This document shows positions 48,893 through 58,854 of a stretch of DNA of 64,000 nucleotides, in pieces. Origin of the DNA: Spirochaetia bacterium (GTDB lineage: Bacteria; Spirochaetota; Spirochaetia; CADAEX01); assembly GCA_963662795.1 (NCBI GenBank), contig OY759746.1, positions 1,408,001 through 1,472,000 on the forward strand, written 5' to 3'. The translations under genes and the position numbers were made by a program. A model generated the notes under the pieces. The model worked only from the letters and a program-made list of their open reading frames with translations. It was not told the origin of the DNA and ran no database searches. How positions within the stretch are numbered: position 1 is the first letter of the stretch; each line of letters starts with the position of its first letter.

Positions 48893-51225
48893 AAACTGAC
48901 CGCTTAAACAATCACACCCTGCTTATATTGTTATTGGCTTTCGTCATCATTGTCCCCTGGATGTGTGTAGATTTCCTGACAAGTGTTTTAGATGCGGCGA
49001 ATAAAAAAATTGTATCATCCATCCATAATGCTGTTGTGCTTCCAGTCCGTGTAAAGCTTACCGGGCTTGATGATGAACAGCTCTCCCTGGTCCGGGTTTA
49101 CCGTGTATCCCCAAGGGGTAACCGCAGTTTATACCGCCTTAATGAAGGCGTTTTCTATAAAGAAGCAAAATATTTTGCAGATATTGAACTTGAAATTCTT
49201 GATAGCGATATTTCTGACTTTGAGAAAATTACTCTGGAAACAGGAAGTCGTGAATATGAAGTATTACCTGAAAATCTTATAACTGCGGATAGCAAAAGTC
49301 TGGCTGATTCTTCATCGGTATTTTCACTTAAAAAAACATTTAATCTTAAAAAATCAAAGTCTTTTATCCCTCAGTTCAAAGGTTTGATAAATTATCGCGG
49401 TGACATGCAAATGGTATTACTGATTTTTTTACGTACAGCGATCCCTGTGATTATTTCCCTTTTACTGTTTTTATGGTGGTCGCGTTTTTCACCTGTATTG
49501 CTTTTTACTTTGTCCTGGTTTGTGATTGGAATTGCCGGATTTCTTTTAAGTCCTGTATATCTGCAGATCCGGCATTTAATCTTTACATATTTTCTTATTT
49601 CAATACGTAATGGTTTTTATATTGTGTTTTTATATTCTTCATTGAAAATAATAACACAGAAAAAGTCTTCCCTTGCTGAAATCGATCCAGATAATAACAA
49701 TAATTCAATATTTACTTTTGCAGCAGTGATTTCAATTTTTATTGCCGCCTTTGTGCTCCGGATCTGGAATCTCAATTATATGCAGGGTGTTGATACTTTC
49801 AATCTTACATCTGCCCGTGCGTTAAATGATACAGGTGTTTTTTCCTATCTGCGGAACTGGGATCTCACATACATGCTTGCCTGGGTTTTTAGAAATTTTG
49901 GAATTAGCCTGACTGCGGCAAGGTTGCCTTTTGTGCTTATTTCTCTTGTTATTATGGGTCTTACCGGATTAATGCTTCGACAATTCGGCCGGAAAGCTTT
50001 ATTAACAGGCCTTATATTATATGCAATATCACCGGTTGCAATTGAAAAAGCAAGTGTTATCCGTGAATATGGTGAAAATGTTTTTCTTACAGCATTAATC
50101 TGCACAATACTTCTGGCTGTTTATGTTAAATATAGAAAACGGATGTTTACAGCTCTGTTTTGGATGACAATTGTGATATCTTTTTTCTCCATTGCCATTC
50201 TGATCTACGGCCCTGCTGTACGGAATTTAACAATAAATACCTCGCTTCAGGCATCAGGTTTTCTCTACATATCCCTGTCTGTCATGCTCCTGTGGAATAA
50301 TTATCCGTCGCTTAAGCGAATAATTATAGCCGCAGGACTCATCTGCGTAATCACTGTTTTTGTAATAGCGCCGAAACTTGGACCTTTTTCAGGCAGATTT
50401 CGTCCCTCTTTTAATTTTATTTTCTTTTATTTTAACCCAATGGTGCATCATCCCATGCAATGGTTTTCTTTCCAGAGCATAGGATTGGTACTGCCTCTTA
50501 TGCTGCCGGTTTTTGCTCTTTTTAACCGGAAAAACAGGGATGTTATTATAGCGGTATTTATGACTTTTTTTGGCAGTATCGCTTTATTTTCTGTATATAT
50601 GGGCAATACGATAAGAAGCAGATATCTTTATCATATATCCCCATTTTATATTATTCTTATAACTCTTGGACTTATCTGGCTTTGGGAAAAAATATCTGAA
50701 CATGAGCTTTCTGATAAAGCAGGAAAAAGATATAAATTGAGGGGCTTTTTTATTGCCGGATGTGTATTAATATTCTGGCTGCCGAATACAGTTATTGCCG
50801 CAAAGCATGAAATCCCTTCAGGTCAGGAAAGGGATGTAACTTCTTTCGGTTATCGCGATTATTTTATCGATTTTTATGAATATTTAATTGCAAGCGGGTT
50901 AAGAAAATCTGATGCAATTGTTATGGAAACTCACAGACCTGACCTTCTATGCTGGCTTCTTGACCGGCCGGTAAATAATAAATATGTTATTAAACGTGGA
51001 AGCTATGATATATCAGAAAATATGTATCTTGAAAATGTCTATGGCGTAAAACAGCTTGAAACGGCCGTTGAAAAACATGATAAAGGTTATTTTATTACAA
51101 GAAATGTTGCATATGACAGAAATCCCGTTTTTATAAAAGGTATTAAACTTAAATATTTAACAACTATTCATAATCATTCTTTTTATATCTGGGACAAAAA
51201 AATTAGCGGATCTAAAAAAAGTTAA
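48889..51225 (+). CDS. Large polytopic GT-C-fold glycosyltransferase (ArnT/PMT_2-like)
   Basis: More than 12 TMs; AFVLRIWNL...D, ARLP, AISP.AI..AS.IREY, RYL motifs. Confidence 0.65.
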   Translation: MKTDRLNNHTLLILLLAFVIIVPWMCVDFLTSVLDAANKKIVSSIHNAVVLPVRVKLTGLDDEQLSLVRVYRVSPRGNRSLYRLNEGVFYKEAKYFADIELEILDSDISDFEKITLETGSREYEVLPENLITADSKSLADSSSVFSLKKTFNLKKSKSFIPQFKGLINYRGDMQMVLLIFLRTAIPVIISLLLFLWWSRFSPVLLFTLSWFVIGIAGFLLSPVYLQIRHLIFTYFLISIRNGFYIVFLYSSLKIITQKKSSLAEIDPDNNNNSIFTFAAVISIFIAAFVLRIWNLNYMQGVDTFNLTSARALNDTGVFSYLRNWDLTYMLAWVFRNFGISLTAARLPFVLISLVIMGLTGLMLRQFGRKALLTGLILYAISPVAIEKASVIREYGENVFLTALICTILLAVYVKYRKRMFTALFWMTIVISFFSIAILIYGPAVRNLTINTSLQASGFLYISLSVMLLWNNYPSLKRIIIAAGLICVITVFVIAPKLGPFSGRFRPSFNFIFFYFNPMVHHPMQWFSFQSIGLVLPLMLPVFALFNRKNRDVIIAVFMTFFGSIALFSVYMGNTIRSRYLYHISPFYIILITLGLIWLWEKISEHELSDKAGKRYKLRGFFIAGCVLIFWLPNTVIAAKHEIPSGQERDVTSFGYRDYFIDFYEYLIASGLRKSDAIVMETHRPDLLCWLLDRPVNNKYVIKRGSYDISENMYLENVYGVKQLETAVEKHDKGYFITRNVAYDRNPVFIKGIKLKYLTTIHNHSFYIWDKKISGSKKS

Positions 51226-51251
51226 AAATAAATAAAAGGTGAAAATAATTA

Positions 51252-52121
51252 ATGAACAACCAAAATGATATGGGAATAATATATCTTGCTTTTGGCCGGC
51301 CATATTTAGCTATGGCTCTGGTATCTTTTTATTCTGTTCGTAAAACAAACCCGAATCTGCCTGTATGCATATTAACAAATGTATGTAATAAAATTGATGG
51401 AATTGACGGTTGGGTGGATGGATTTGATATATGGATGTATCTTGAGATTGAAACCTCTGAAAACAGAGATGTAAAAACACAACTTTATAAATATTCCCCT
51501 TTTAATAAAACTCTTTATATTGATAGTGACACAATTATTGTTGGTGATTTATCCAAGACTGCTCTTTTATTGGATTACTTTGATATATGTCTGAAAATGA
51601 ACATAACAGAACAAAATAAGGCGGGGCGTACAAATTATAATGTGTTAGATGAAAAAGCAATTGTTAATGATTTGCCTCATTGGAATGGAGGTGTTGTTTT
51701 TTTTAAAAAAAATCAAAAAGTGAATAACTTCTTCGATTTATGGTATAAGTATTATAAAATACATAATAATAAGTATGATCAAATATCTTTGGTTGAGGCT
51801 ATCTTCAGATCCGAATGTAGAATATTATCTTTGGATTCAAGATGGAATTATAAAAGAAAAAATCCTAATGTACCATTAAAAAAGAATATTAAAATAGTAC
51901 ATTACGTAACCGACATGACGAGCCGTAATACACCTCAAATAAATAAAAAAATAATTAAAAAAATATTGACTGCCTCAACAATTATACCGGAAGGAATGCA
52001 GCCTCAACATTATTCAGAAATTCAAAACTTTTTTATTAAAATAAATAAGTTTAGAAAAAAAAGAATATTACTTTACAGGATTATAAAGAAAATAAGTAAA
52101 AAATTAAGAATCAAATATTAA
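51252..52121 (+). CDS. GT8-like glycosyltransferase
   Basis: LYIDSDT, WNGGVVFF, DQ, WNY, IVHY. Confidence 0.7.
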   Translation: MNNQNDMGIIYLAFGRPYLAMALVSFYSVRKTNPNLPVCILTNVCNKIDGIDGWVDGFDIWMYLEIETSENRDVKTQLYKYSPFNKTLYIDSDTIIVGDLSKTALLLDYFDICLKMNITEQNKAGRTNYNVLDEKAIVNDLPHWNGGVVFFKKNQKVNNFFDLWYKYYKIHNNKYDQISLVEAIFRSECRILSLDSRWNYKRKNPNVPLKKNIKIVHYVTDMTSRNTPQINKKIIKKILTASTIIPEGMQPQHYSEIQNFFIKINKFRKKRILLYRIIKKISKKLRIKY

Positions 52122-52191
52122 TAATTTCTAAGAATCAGTTTTTTTAAAAACAAGGATGAGTAGTATCCTGGAAATACACCGGAGAGAATAA

Positions 52192-52977
52192 ATGGAAATT
52201 AAAAATACTTCAATAAGAGAAAAGGCAAATTTATATCTTGATACTTATGAATATATAAATAGCGTATTTGAAAAAAACTTTGGATATTCACTTTATTTTA
52301 TCGGCGGTACACTACTGGGATATATAAGAGAGAATGATTTTCTTGAAAATGATAAGGATATGGATATTTCATATTTTTCAAAATATGAAAATGTATCAGA
52401 TGTAAAAAAAGAGATGATTGAGATATGTGAAAAACTTATCGAGCTTGATGAACCATTAATTTTTATCAGATCAGGATTTACTACTGTAAAATATTTCATT
52501 AAATATAAAATTAATGAAACAGAAGATGACAGAATTGATATAATGCCTACATGGATTCAAAATGGAAAAATATACAGACCGACATTTGTCGGTTATAATG
52601 GTACCAGAGAAATTATCTTTCCTCTAAGGAAGGAAATATTTTATGGTCATAATGTATACATTCCGAATCAGGCGGAAATGAAACTTGCCAAAGTCTATGG
52701 GGAGAGCTGGAGGATTCCTGATAAAGATTTTAAAAAAAAGAAAAGACGCGACCGAGACACGATAAAAGTAATTACTGAACAACTTTATTATGGTGATGAA
52801 TGCAGATATCTTGTAAAAAAAACAAAGCAATGGAAGGATTTATCACCTTTTATGAAGATGGTATTGAATATTATTCTTATGCGAAGACATAACTTAATTT
52901 CCAAAATATTGCCTAAATCCGGAAAAATTAAACGAAAAATATTGAAAAAAATAAATTCGATAATCAGGAAAAAATAA
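52192..52977 (+). CDS. LicD/fukutin-family phosphotransferase
   Basis: GGTLLGYIRE.DF...D.DMDI, IDI, YG..W.IPD. Confidence 0.85.
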   Translation: MEIKNTSIREKANLYLDTYEYINSVFEKNFGYSLYFIGGTLLGYIRENDFLENDKDMDISYFSKYENVSDVKKEMIEICEKLIELDEPLIFIRSGFTTVKYFIKYKINETEDDRIDIMPTWIQNGKIYRPTFVGYNGTREIIFPLRKEIFYGHNVYIPNQAEMKLAKVYGESWRIPDKDFKKKKRRDRDTIKVITEQLYYGDECRYLVKKTKQWKDLSPFMKMVLNIILMRRHNLISKILPKSGKIKRKILKKINSIIRKK

Positions 52978-52995
52978 ATTATTAAAGGGATACTT

Positions 52996-53424
52996 ATGAA
53001 AATTATTGGATACACAACAGGAGTTTTTGACCTTTTTCATGTGGGTCATCTGAATATTCTTCGAAACGCAAGGCTTGAATGCGACTATCTTATTGTTGGT
53101 ATTACTACAGACGAATTGTCAGAAGAAAAAAAAGGGAAAAAACCGATTATTCCGTTTTCTGAGAGAATGGAAATAGTTGAAAATATCAAATTCGTTGATA
53201 ACGTAGTACCACAGACAAATTATAATAAGATGGAGGCCTGGAATAATCTTCATTTTAACAAAATGTTTGTTGGTGATGACTGGAAAGGCAGTGATAAATG
53301 GCAACAGCTGGAAGATGATTTTAAAAAACTTGGAGTAGAAATATGTTATTTCCCTTATACAAAACATACTTCAAGTACAAAGATTAGAAATATTATTGAC
53401 GCCATGGAAAAAATGGAAGAATAA
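52996..53424 (+). CDS. tagD: Glycerol-3-phosphate cytidylyltransferase (TagD-like)
   Basis: GYTTGVFDLFHVGHLN, ER.EIV, VGDDW, YTKHTSST. Confidence 0.85.
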   Translation: MKIIGYTTGVFDLFHVGHLNILRNARLECDYLIVGITTDELSEEKKGKKPIIPFSERMEIVENIKFVDNVVPQTNYNKMEAWNNLHFNKMFVGDDWKGSDKWQQLEDDFKKLGVEICYFPYTKHTSSTKIRNIIDAMEKMEE

Positions 53425-53440
53425 CAGAAGGGGTAACTGG

Positions 53441-54214
53441 ATGTCGCGTATAAGAGGCAAGGCACATGAATTCTTAAATGCATATGAGCATATGAACGAT
53501 GTAATGGAAAAGAAATTTGGATACAGCCTTTATTTTATAGGAGGTACCCTTCTTGGATATATCCGGGAAAATGATTTTCTCGAAAATGATAAGGATATGG
53601 ATATTTCTTATTTTTCAAAATATACCAATGTGTCTGATGTAAGGAAAGAAATACTTGATATTATAGATACTTTGATTAATTCAGGCGAACAGCTTTATTT
53701 TATAAGAAGCAGTTATTCAATAGTTAATAAATATTTCAGATGGCAGGTTGATGAAAGGGACCGGATTGATATAATGCCCACCTGGTGCCAGGATGGTATG
53801 ATATACCGGCCGACTTTTGTTGCATACAAAGGTAATAGTGATATAATTTTACCTTTAAAAAAAGAAAAATTTTATGGACATAATATTTATATCCCCAATA
53901 AACCTGAATTAAAACTTGCCAACGTATATGGCGAAACCTGGAAAATACCTGACTCCGGATTTAAAAAAGATTCGAGGAGAAATATTTATTCCGCAGATAT
54001 ACTTGAAAAGCAATTAAATTTCGCAGATGAAGCATGGCTATTTGCTAAAAGAACACGGCAATGGAAAGATTTTTCATTTATTGAAAAAGCATTCATGAAT
54101 CTTGTTGTAAAACAGAAAGTTAAGGTTATTGCAAAAATACTGCCAAACAGAAAATGGTTTAAAAAAAAGATTTTTATGAAACTAAGGAAATTGCTAAAAA
54201 ACGATAAAATCTGA
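53441..54214 (+). CDS. LicD/fukutin-family phosphotransferase (close paralog of 52192-52977)
   Basis: Identical block FGYSLYFIGGTLLGYIRENDFLENDKDMDISYFSKY; ATG at 53441. Confidence 0.85.
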   Translation: MSRIRGKAHEFLNAYEHMNDVMEKKFGYSLYFIGGTLLGYIRENDFLENDKDMDISYFSKYTNVSDVRKEILDIIDTLINSGEQLYFIRSSYSIVNKYFRWQVDERDRIDIMPTWCQDGMIYRPTFVAYKGNSDIILPLKKEKFYGHNIYIPNKPELKLANVYGETWKIPDSGFKKDSRRNIYSADILEKQLNFADEAWLFAKRTRQWKDFSFIEKAFMNLVVKQKVKVIAKILPNRKWFKKKIFMKLRKLLKNDKI

Positions 54215-54274
54215 ACATTAAAATTCAGATTTTATTGAATTGAAAAATGTATCTTCCGAAAGGGATTATGAATT

Positions 54275-55321
54275 ATGAAACAGCTTGGGATTTGCGGGCA
54301 TTTCGGGTCGAATGAAAATATTAACGGGCAGATGGTAAAGACCAGAATTTTAACAAGTGAGCTGACAGACTATTTCGGGAAAGATGAAGTTGTGCTGGTT
54401 GATTCGTTCGGCTGGAAAAATCGCTCGTTCAGGCTTTTTTTTGAATGCGTAGGTCTTTCAATTAAATGCAGAAACGTCCTCATACTTCCGGCGGCCGGAG
54501 GCATTAAAGTCTTTGCACCCCTTTTTGCCCTGCTCTGCGGTTTATTCAGACGGAAGCTGCATTATTCGGTAATCGGAGGATGGCTCCCTCTTCTGCTTTC
54601 AGAAAACAGGGGACTGATTAAATATATTAAAAGCATGACCGCCGTTTATGTTGAGACAGAATCCATGAGAAAGAGCCTTTCGGAACTCGGAATCGCGAAC
54701 GCGGTTTTTATGCCCAATTTCAAAAGCATAAGTGTGCTAAAGAAAAAAGACCTTCCCGGCAGCTATAAGGAACCCTATTCACTCTGCACTTTTTCACGTG
54801 TAAAAAAAGCGAAGGGAATACTTGATGCCATTGACGTGATTAAGAAGTTTAACGGAAAAACCGGCAAAAAAGTGTTTGCACTTGATATATACGGAAGCAT
54901 TGATGAAGATTTTGAGCAGGAATTTAAAGCTGCAGTTTCGGATAACAACAGTTTTGTGAATTACAAGGGAGTGGCTGAATTCAGTAAATCAACGGAAATA
55001 CTTAAAAATTATTTCGCCCTCCTTTTTCCCACATACTATGACGGTGAGGGATTTCCCGGGACTGTAATTGACGCGTTTTCGTCAGGACTTCCTGTTATTG
55101 CGACCGACTGGCTTTACAACAGTGAAATTGTAACAGACGGGGTAACCGGATACATTTATAATATTACTGAAAATGACAGGACCTCCGGCCTGTTTGAAGT
55201 CCTGACCGCTGTATACAATTCTCCGGATTCACTAATCCGGATGAAAAAAAACTGTCTTCTTGAAGCTAAAAAATATGATTCATCAGCTGTAATGAGAACC
55301 ATGATTAAGAGGATGGAATAG
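54275..55321 (+). CDS. GT4 glycosyltransferase
   Basis: FSRV..AKG, FPTYYDGEGFPGTVIDAFSSGLPVIATDW. Confidence 0.88.
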   Translation: MKQLGICGHFGSNENINGQMVKTRILTSELTDYFGKDEVVLVDSFGWKNRSFRLFFECVGLSIKCRNVLILPAAGGIKVFAPLFALLCGLFRRKLHYSVIGGWLPLLLSENRGLIKYIKSMTAVYVETESMRKSLSELGIANAVFMPNFKSISVLKKKDLPGSYKEPYSLCTFSRVKKAKGILDAIDVIKKFNGKTGKKVFALDIYGSIDEDFEQEFKAAVSDNNSFVNYKGVAEFSKSTEILKNYFALLFPTYYDGEGFPGTVIDAFSSGLPVIATDWLYNSEIVTDGVTGYIYNITENDRTSGLFEVLTAVYNSPDSLIRMKKNCLLEAKKYDSSAVMRTMIKRME

Positions 55322-55332
55322 AAAGGATTATT

Positions 55333-56274
55333 ATGGCAATTTTTACACCGTTTAAAAAACTTTACATAAAATATATAGGGAACAGGCGCAATGCTCATTA
55401 TATCCGCATGAAATACACCCTTAATGATGAAAATTATTTTACAGGTGATGAAAATGCTTGTTTCAACATAGCTATTGCCGCAATATTCAAGGGAGAGGAC
55501 CAGTATCTTAAGGAATGGATAGAGTTTCACCTGATTACAGGGGTAGAGCATTTCTTTCTCTATGATAACGGGGACTGTGAAAGTTCCAGGAATATTCTGA
55601 AACCCTACATTGAAAAAGGAATAGTAACTTATATACCGTTTCCTGAATTTCCTGAAAAAATATTAAGAAGCAGTTATGGAAAGGAGAATTTCAGCAAGCT
55701 TAGCATGCAGAACCTCGCCATGGGGGATTGCGTGATAAATTATTCAAGGCATTTCAACTGGCTGGTTAAAATAGATATTGATGAGTTTTTGTATCCTCTT
55801 CCCCCCTATGAATCACTCTCCGATGTTTTCCGGCTTCTTGACGGTGAAAATATTAAAGGAATGGCTTTCCGGGCATCGCGGTTCGGCCCATCGGGACAGG
55901 AAAAAAACTCTGTTCTTCCTGTTATAGAAAGATTTACAAAAAGATACCCTGCCTGGGACCGCAACTGGAAAGTTGCCGGGAAGAGTTCGTGTATAGCTGA
56001 AGGAACAGGGTATCACACCTGTCATAAATTTTTTTACACCTTTAATCCCTTTAAAAAAGAACTTGATGACGAAATTACATCAGAATATATTCATCTCAAT
56101 CATTACTATATAAAGTCACGGGAAGAATACCTTGCGAAAATTGAATATCATTCCGCGGGGCACAAGGCAGGAAAGGAGAAAGCTGATAAATGGCCTGATG
56201 CCGATAAGAAAGCAAATTTTGATGATGAAAGGCAAATATTCAGGTTTCTGGACAGACTGAAGGAAAGGCTTTAA
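55333..56274 (+). CDS. GT92/DUF23-like glycosyltransferase
   Basis: AIFKGEDQYLKEWIEFH, YDN, IDIDEFL, LNHYYIKS.EEY. Confidence 0.8.
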   Translation: MAIFTPFKKLYIKYIGNRRNAHYIRMKYTLNDENYFTGDENACFNIAIAAIFKGEDQYLKEWIEFHLITGVEHFFLYDNGDCESSRNILKPYIEKGIVTYIPFPEFPEKILRSSYGKENFSKLSMQNLAMGDCVINYSRHFNWLVKIDIDEFLYPLPPYESLSDVFRLLDGENIKGMAFRASRFGPSGQEKNSVLPVIERFTKRYPAWDRNWKVAGKSSCIAEGTGYHTCHKFFYTFNPFKKELDDEITSEYIHLNHYYIKSREEYLAKIEYHSAGHKAGKEKADKWPDADKKANFDDERQIFRFLDRLKERL

Positions 56275-56278
56275 ACAA

Positions 56279-57646
56279 TTGAGAAAAGTTATACGGGACA
56301 TTGCCGGGAAACTGTCTGAAAAACTGGTAAGGATTATGCCTTTCAGGTATTTCCCCGCATCGCATATTCTGCTGGAGCAGTTTTTCAGATACAGGATGAG
56401 GAAAAATGATTTCAGGGCAGTAAGGGATTACTGCCTTTATTTTTCAGAAAAACCTGGTTCACCTGATAAAATAAAAAAAATATCAGCTGATTACTTCTGT
56501 AAAATAAGCCTTGATGACAAGCCTGATATTGATGTAATAAAAAACTTAAGGACCGGATATCAGGAAAAAATATCACAGAGCCTGGATTTTCTTGCTTCGG
56601 GTGAAAAAGAGAAGGCATGTTCTTCATTCGTGGATGCCCTGCCTTTCGCCGGAATTCCACGGCCGGCTGCCTCTCATCTTGAAAAGGCTTTCAGTATTGT
56701 CACAGGCAGCTCTTCAGGGGAAAAAAAGGCTTCTGCCTGCGGTGACTCAGAAAATGATTATAGGCAGGCGAAAAAAATAATCCTTTCCGGAATGTACTGG
56801 AGCGGCACCGGCGCTTTGTATGATTTCTTCAGGGAGTTTGAGGATGTAAAGGCCTTGCCTGTTGAGCAGCGGCTCTGGAAGGAATCGGACTACAGCCTCG
56901 GCTGGGGGCTTAAAAATATAGAGACAATTGATGATGAAGGTTTGAGACAATACTTTTTGAGGCTTTTTCTGATACCCCTTACCGGGCTTGCCATGCCCCG
57001 ATGCTGGCAGGATGTTCTCGGCGGAAAAGTCGGCATTAATTCAGTTAAAAATGATAAAAACGGAAAATATTCGCTTTCCATATCTAAATTCTTTAGTACA
57101 ATAACAGATTTGAGAGCGGAAAAAAAGCTTGATTATTCCTCTTTTTTAAGCTCTTCTGCTGTATTTACTGACCGGCTTCTAAACGCGCTTTCGGGTGATT
57201 TCAGCGGAAGTATCCTTCCTGACAACGCTGTTCATATCGGCGATATTGAGAATTTCAGATTTTTCAGCAACGCGCACCTTGTTTGTGTTTTCAGGGACCC
57301 CCGCTCAAATTACGCTGCGCGTTATCACGAAAACATTCGGTTCAGAAAAAATCCTGAGGACTTTATAAAATACTACCGCGGGACAAGGGAAAATTATGTT
57401 AAGCAATTGTCCGCCTTTAAGGACTGTTCAGATAAAATCATTGAAGTGCAGTTTGAGGATTTTATTCTCTCGGAAGAATACAGAAAATCGCTTGCTGAAA
57501 AGCTTGGTCTTGATCATTCACTCTGGAGCAGGCGTAAGTATTTCAGGGCCCATAAATCGGTGAAGAATGTTTACAATTACAGGAATTTCTCCGACAAAGC
57601 AGTCATGGATTTAATCGGCAGCTCGCTTAAGGAGTACTGTGTTTGA
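56279..57646 (+). CDS. Sulfotransferase-fold protein with N-terminal helical domain
   Basis: P-loop-like ILSGMYWSGTGALYD, VFRDPRS, FEDF; TTG start. Confidence 0.6.
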   Translation: MRKVIRDIAGKLSEKLVRIMPFRYFPASHILLEQFFRYRMRKNDFRAVRDYCLYFSEKPGSPDKIKKISADYFCKISLDDKPDIDVIKNLRTGYQEKISQSLDFLASGEKEKACSSFVDALPFAGIPRPAASHLEKAFSIVTGSSSGEKKASACGDSENDYRQAKKIILSGMYWSGTGALYDFFREFEDVKALPVEQRLWKESDYSLGWGLKNIETIDDEGLRQYFLRLFLIPLTGLAMPRCWQDVLGGKVGINSVKNDKNGKYSLSISKFFSTITDLRAEKKLDYSSFLSSSAVFTDRLLNALSGDFSGSILPDNAVHIGDIENFRFFSNAHLVCVFRDPRSNYAARYHENIRFRKNPEDFIKYYRGTRENYVKQLSAFKDCSDKIIEVQFEDFILSEEYRKSLAEKLGLDHSLWSRRKYFRAHKSVKNVYNYRNFSDKAVMDLIGSSLKEYCV

Positions 57647-58845
57647 AGAAGTTTATACAATCAGTAATCAGTAAATTTCCCCGGAGCGCCGTAAAAATAC
57701 TTGTAAAACTTAAAAACTGCACCTACTGCCGGTTTTTCCATCTGTTCCCGGTTCAGAAAAACAAGATTGTCATAAGCAACTTTTTCGGCAACGGATACGG
57801 TGACAGCCCGAAGTATATTGCAGAAAAACTGATTGACAGCAATGAAAACTATGAAATAGTATGGCTGCTTAAAAAGAATTTGTCCGGGAAAGCTCTGTTT
57901 CCTGAACAGATAAAAACCGTAAGATACGGTTCATTCAGGGCGTTATATGAGCTCGCGACAGCTAAAATATGGATTGATAATACCAGGAAGGCGGCCTGCC
58001 CCCCCAAAAGAAAAAGTCAGTATTATATCCAGACATGGCACAGTTTTTTAAGATTAAAAAAAATCGAAAAAGACGCCGGGGAGTTTTTATCTGATACTTA
58101 TGTGGAAAGGGCGAAAATAGATTCAGGTAATTGCGACCTCATGATTTCAGGGTGCGATTTCAGCCATGATATCTACAAAAATTCATTCTGGTATGACGGT
58201 GAGATTCTTAAATGCGGAACACCGAGATGCGACGTTTTTTTCGGCGATACAGCATGTGTCAAAGAAAAAGTATTTGAATATTTCGGAATAACAGGTTCAT
58301 GCGGCCTGATTTTACACGCGCCCACATACCGCAGCGGTTCGTCTGCCGGACCGTATCTCATTGACTATGAAAAAATTATCGCCGCGGCAGGGATCAGATT
58401 CAAAGGAAACTGGAAAATTCTTGTCAGGCTCCATCCTAAAGCGGCATCTTTATCTGACAAGATAGATTATAATGAAAATATTCTTGATGCTACTTGCTAT
58501 GATGACATGCAGGAATTGCTTGCCGCATCTGATATACTGATCACGGATTATTCATCCAGCATGTTTGACATGATAGTCGCTGAAAAATTATGCCTGATTC
58601 ACGCTCCCGATCTTGAGGAATACATTGCAAGGGAAAGGGATCTGTATTTTACCATGGGCCAGCTGCCGTTTCCGGTGTCGGGTAGTATTGATGAGTTAAT
58701 CAATAATATAAAAAATTATGATTCCGGTGATTATAAATCAAAACTTAAGCTGTTTGGTAAAAAAGTAAATATCCATGAAAACGGGCATGCTTCAGAGATT
58801 TTGGCGGAAATAATCAGAAATAAGTTAATAGACAAAAAGAATTAG
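57643..58845 (+). CDS. CDP-glycerol:glycerophosphate transferase (TagF-like)
   Basis: YGDSPKYI, YIQTWH, LKKI, GTPRCD, APTYR, RLHP, LITDYSSSMFD. Confidence 0.9.
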   Translation: MKKFIQSVISKFPRSAVKILVKLKNCTYCRFFHLFPVQKNKIVISNFFGNGYGDSPKYIAEKLIDSNENYEIVWLLKKNLSGKALFPEQIKTVRYGSFRALYELATAKIWIDNTRKAACPPKRKSQYYIQTWHSFLRLKKIEKDAGEFLSDTYVERAKIDSGNCDLMISGCDFSHDIYKNSFWYDGEILKCGTPRCDVFFGDTACVKEKVFEYFGITGSCGLILHAPTYRSGSSAGPYLIDYEKIIAAAGIRFKGNWKILVRLHPKAASLSDKIDYNENILDATCYDDMQELLAASDILITDYSSSMFDMIVAEKLCLIHAPDLEEYIARERDLYFTMGQLPFPVSGSIDELINNIKNYDSGDYKSKLKLFGKKVNIHENGHASEILAEIIRNKLIDKKN

Positions 58846-58854
58846 GAGATCACG

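Noticed and set aside
54790-54805. parS-like palindrome TTTTTCACGTGTAAAA
   Set aside because: Three mismatches to TGTTTCACGTGAAACA, single copy, and explained by the FSRVK codons of a GT4.
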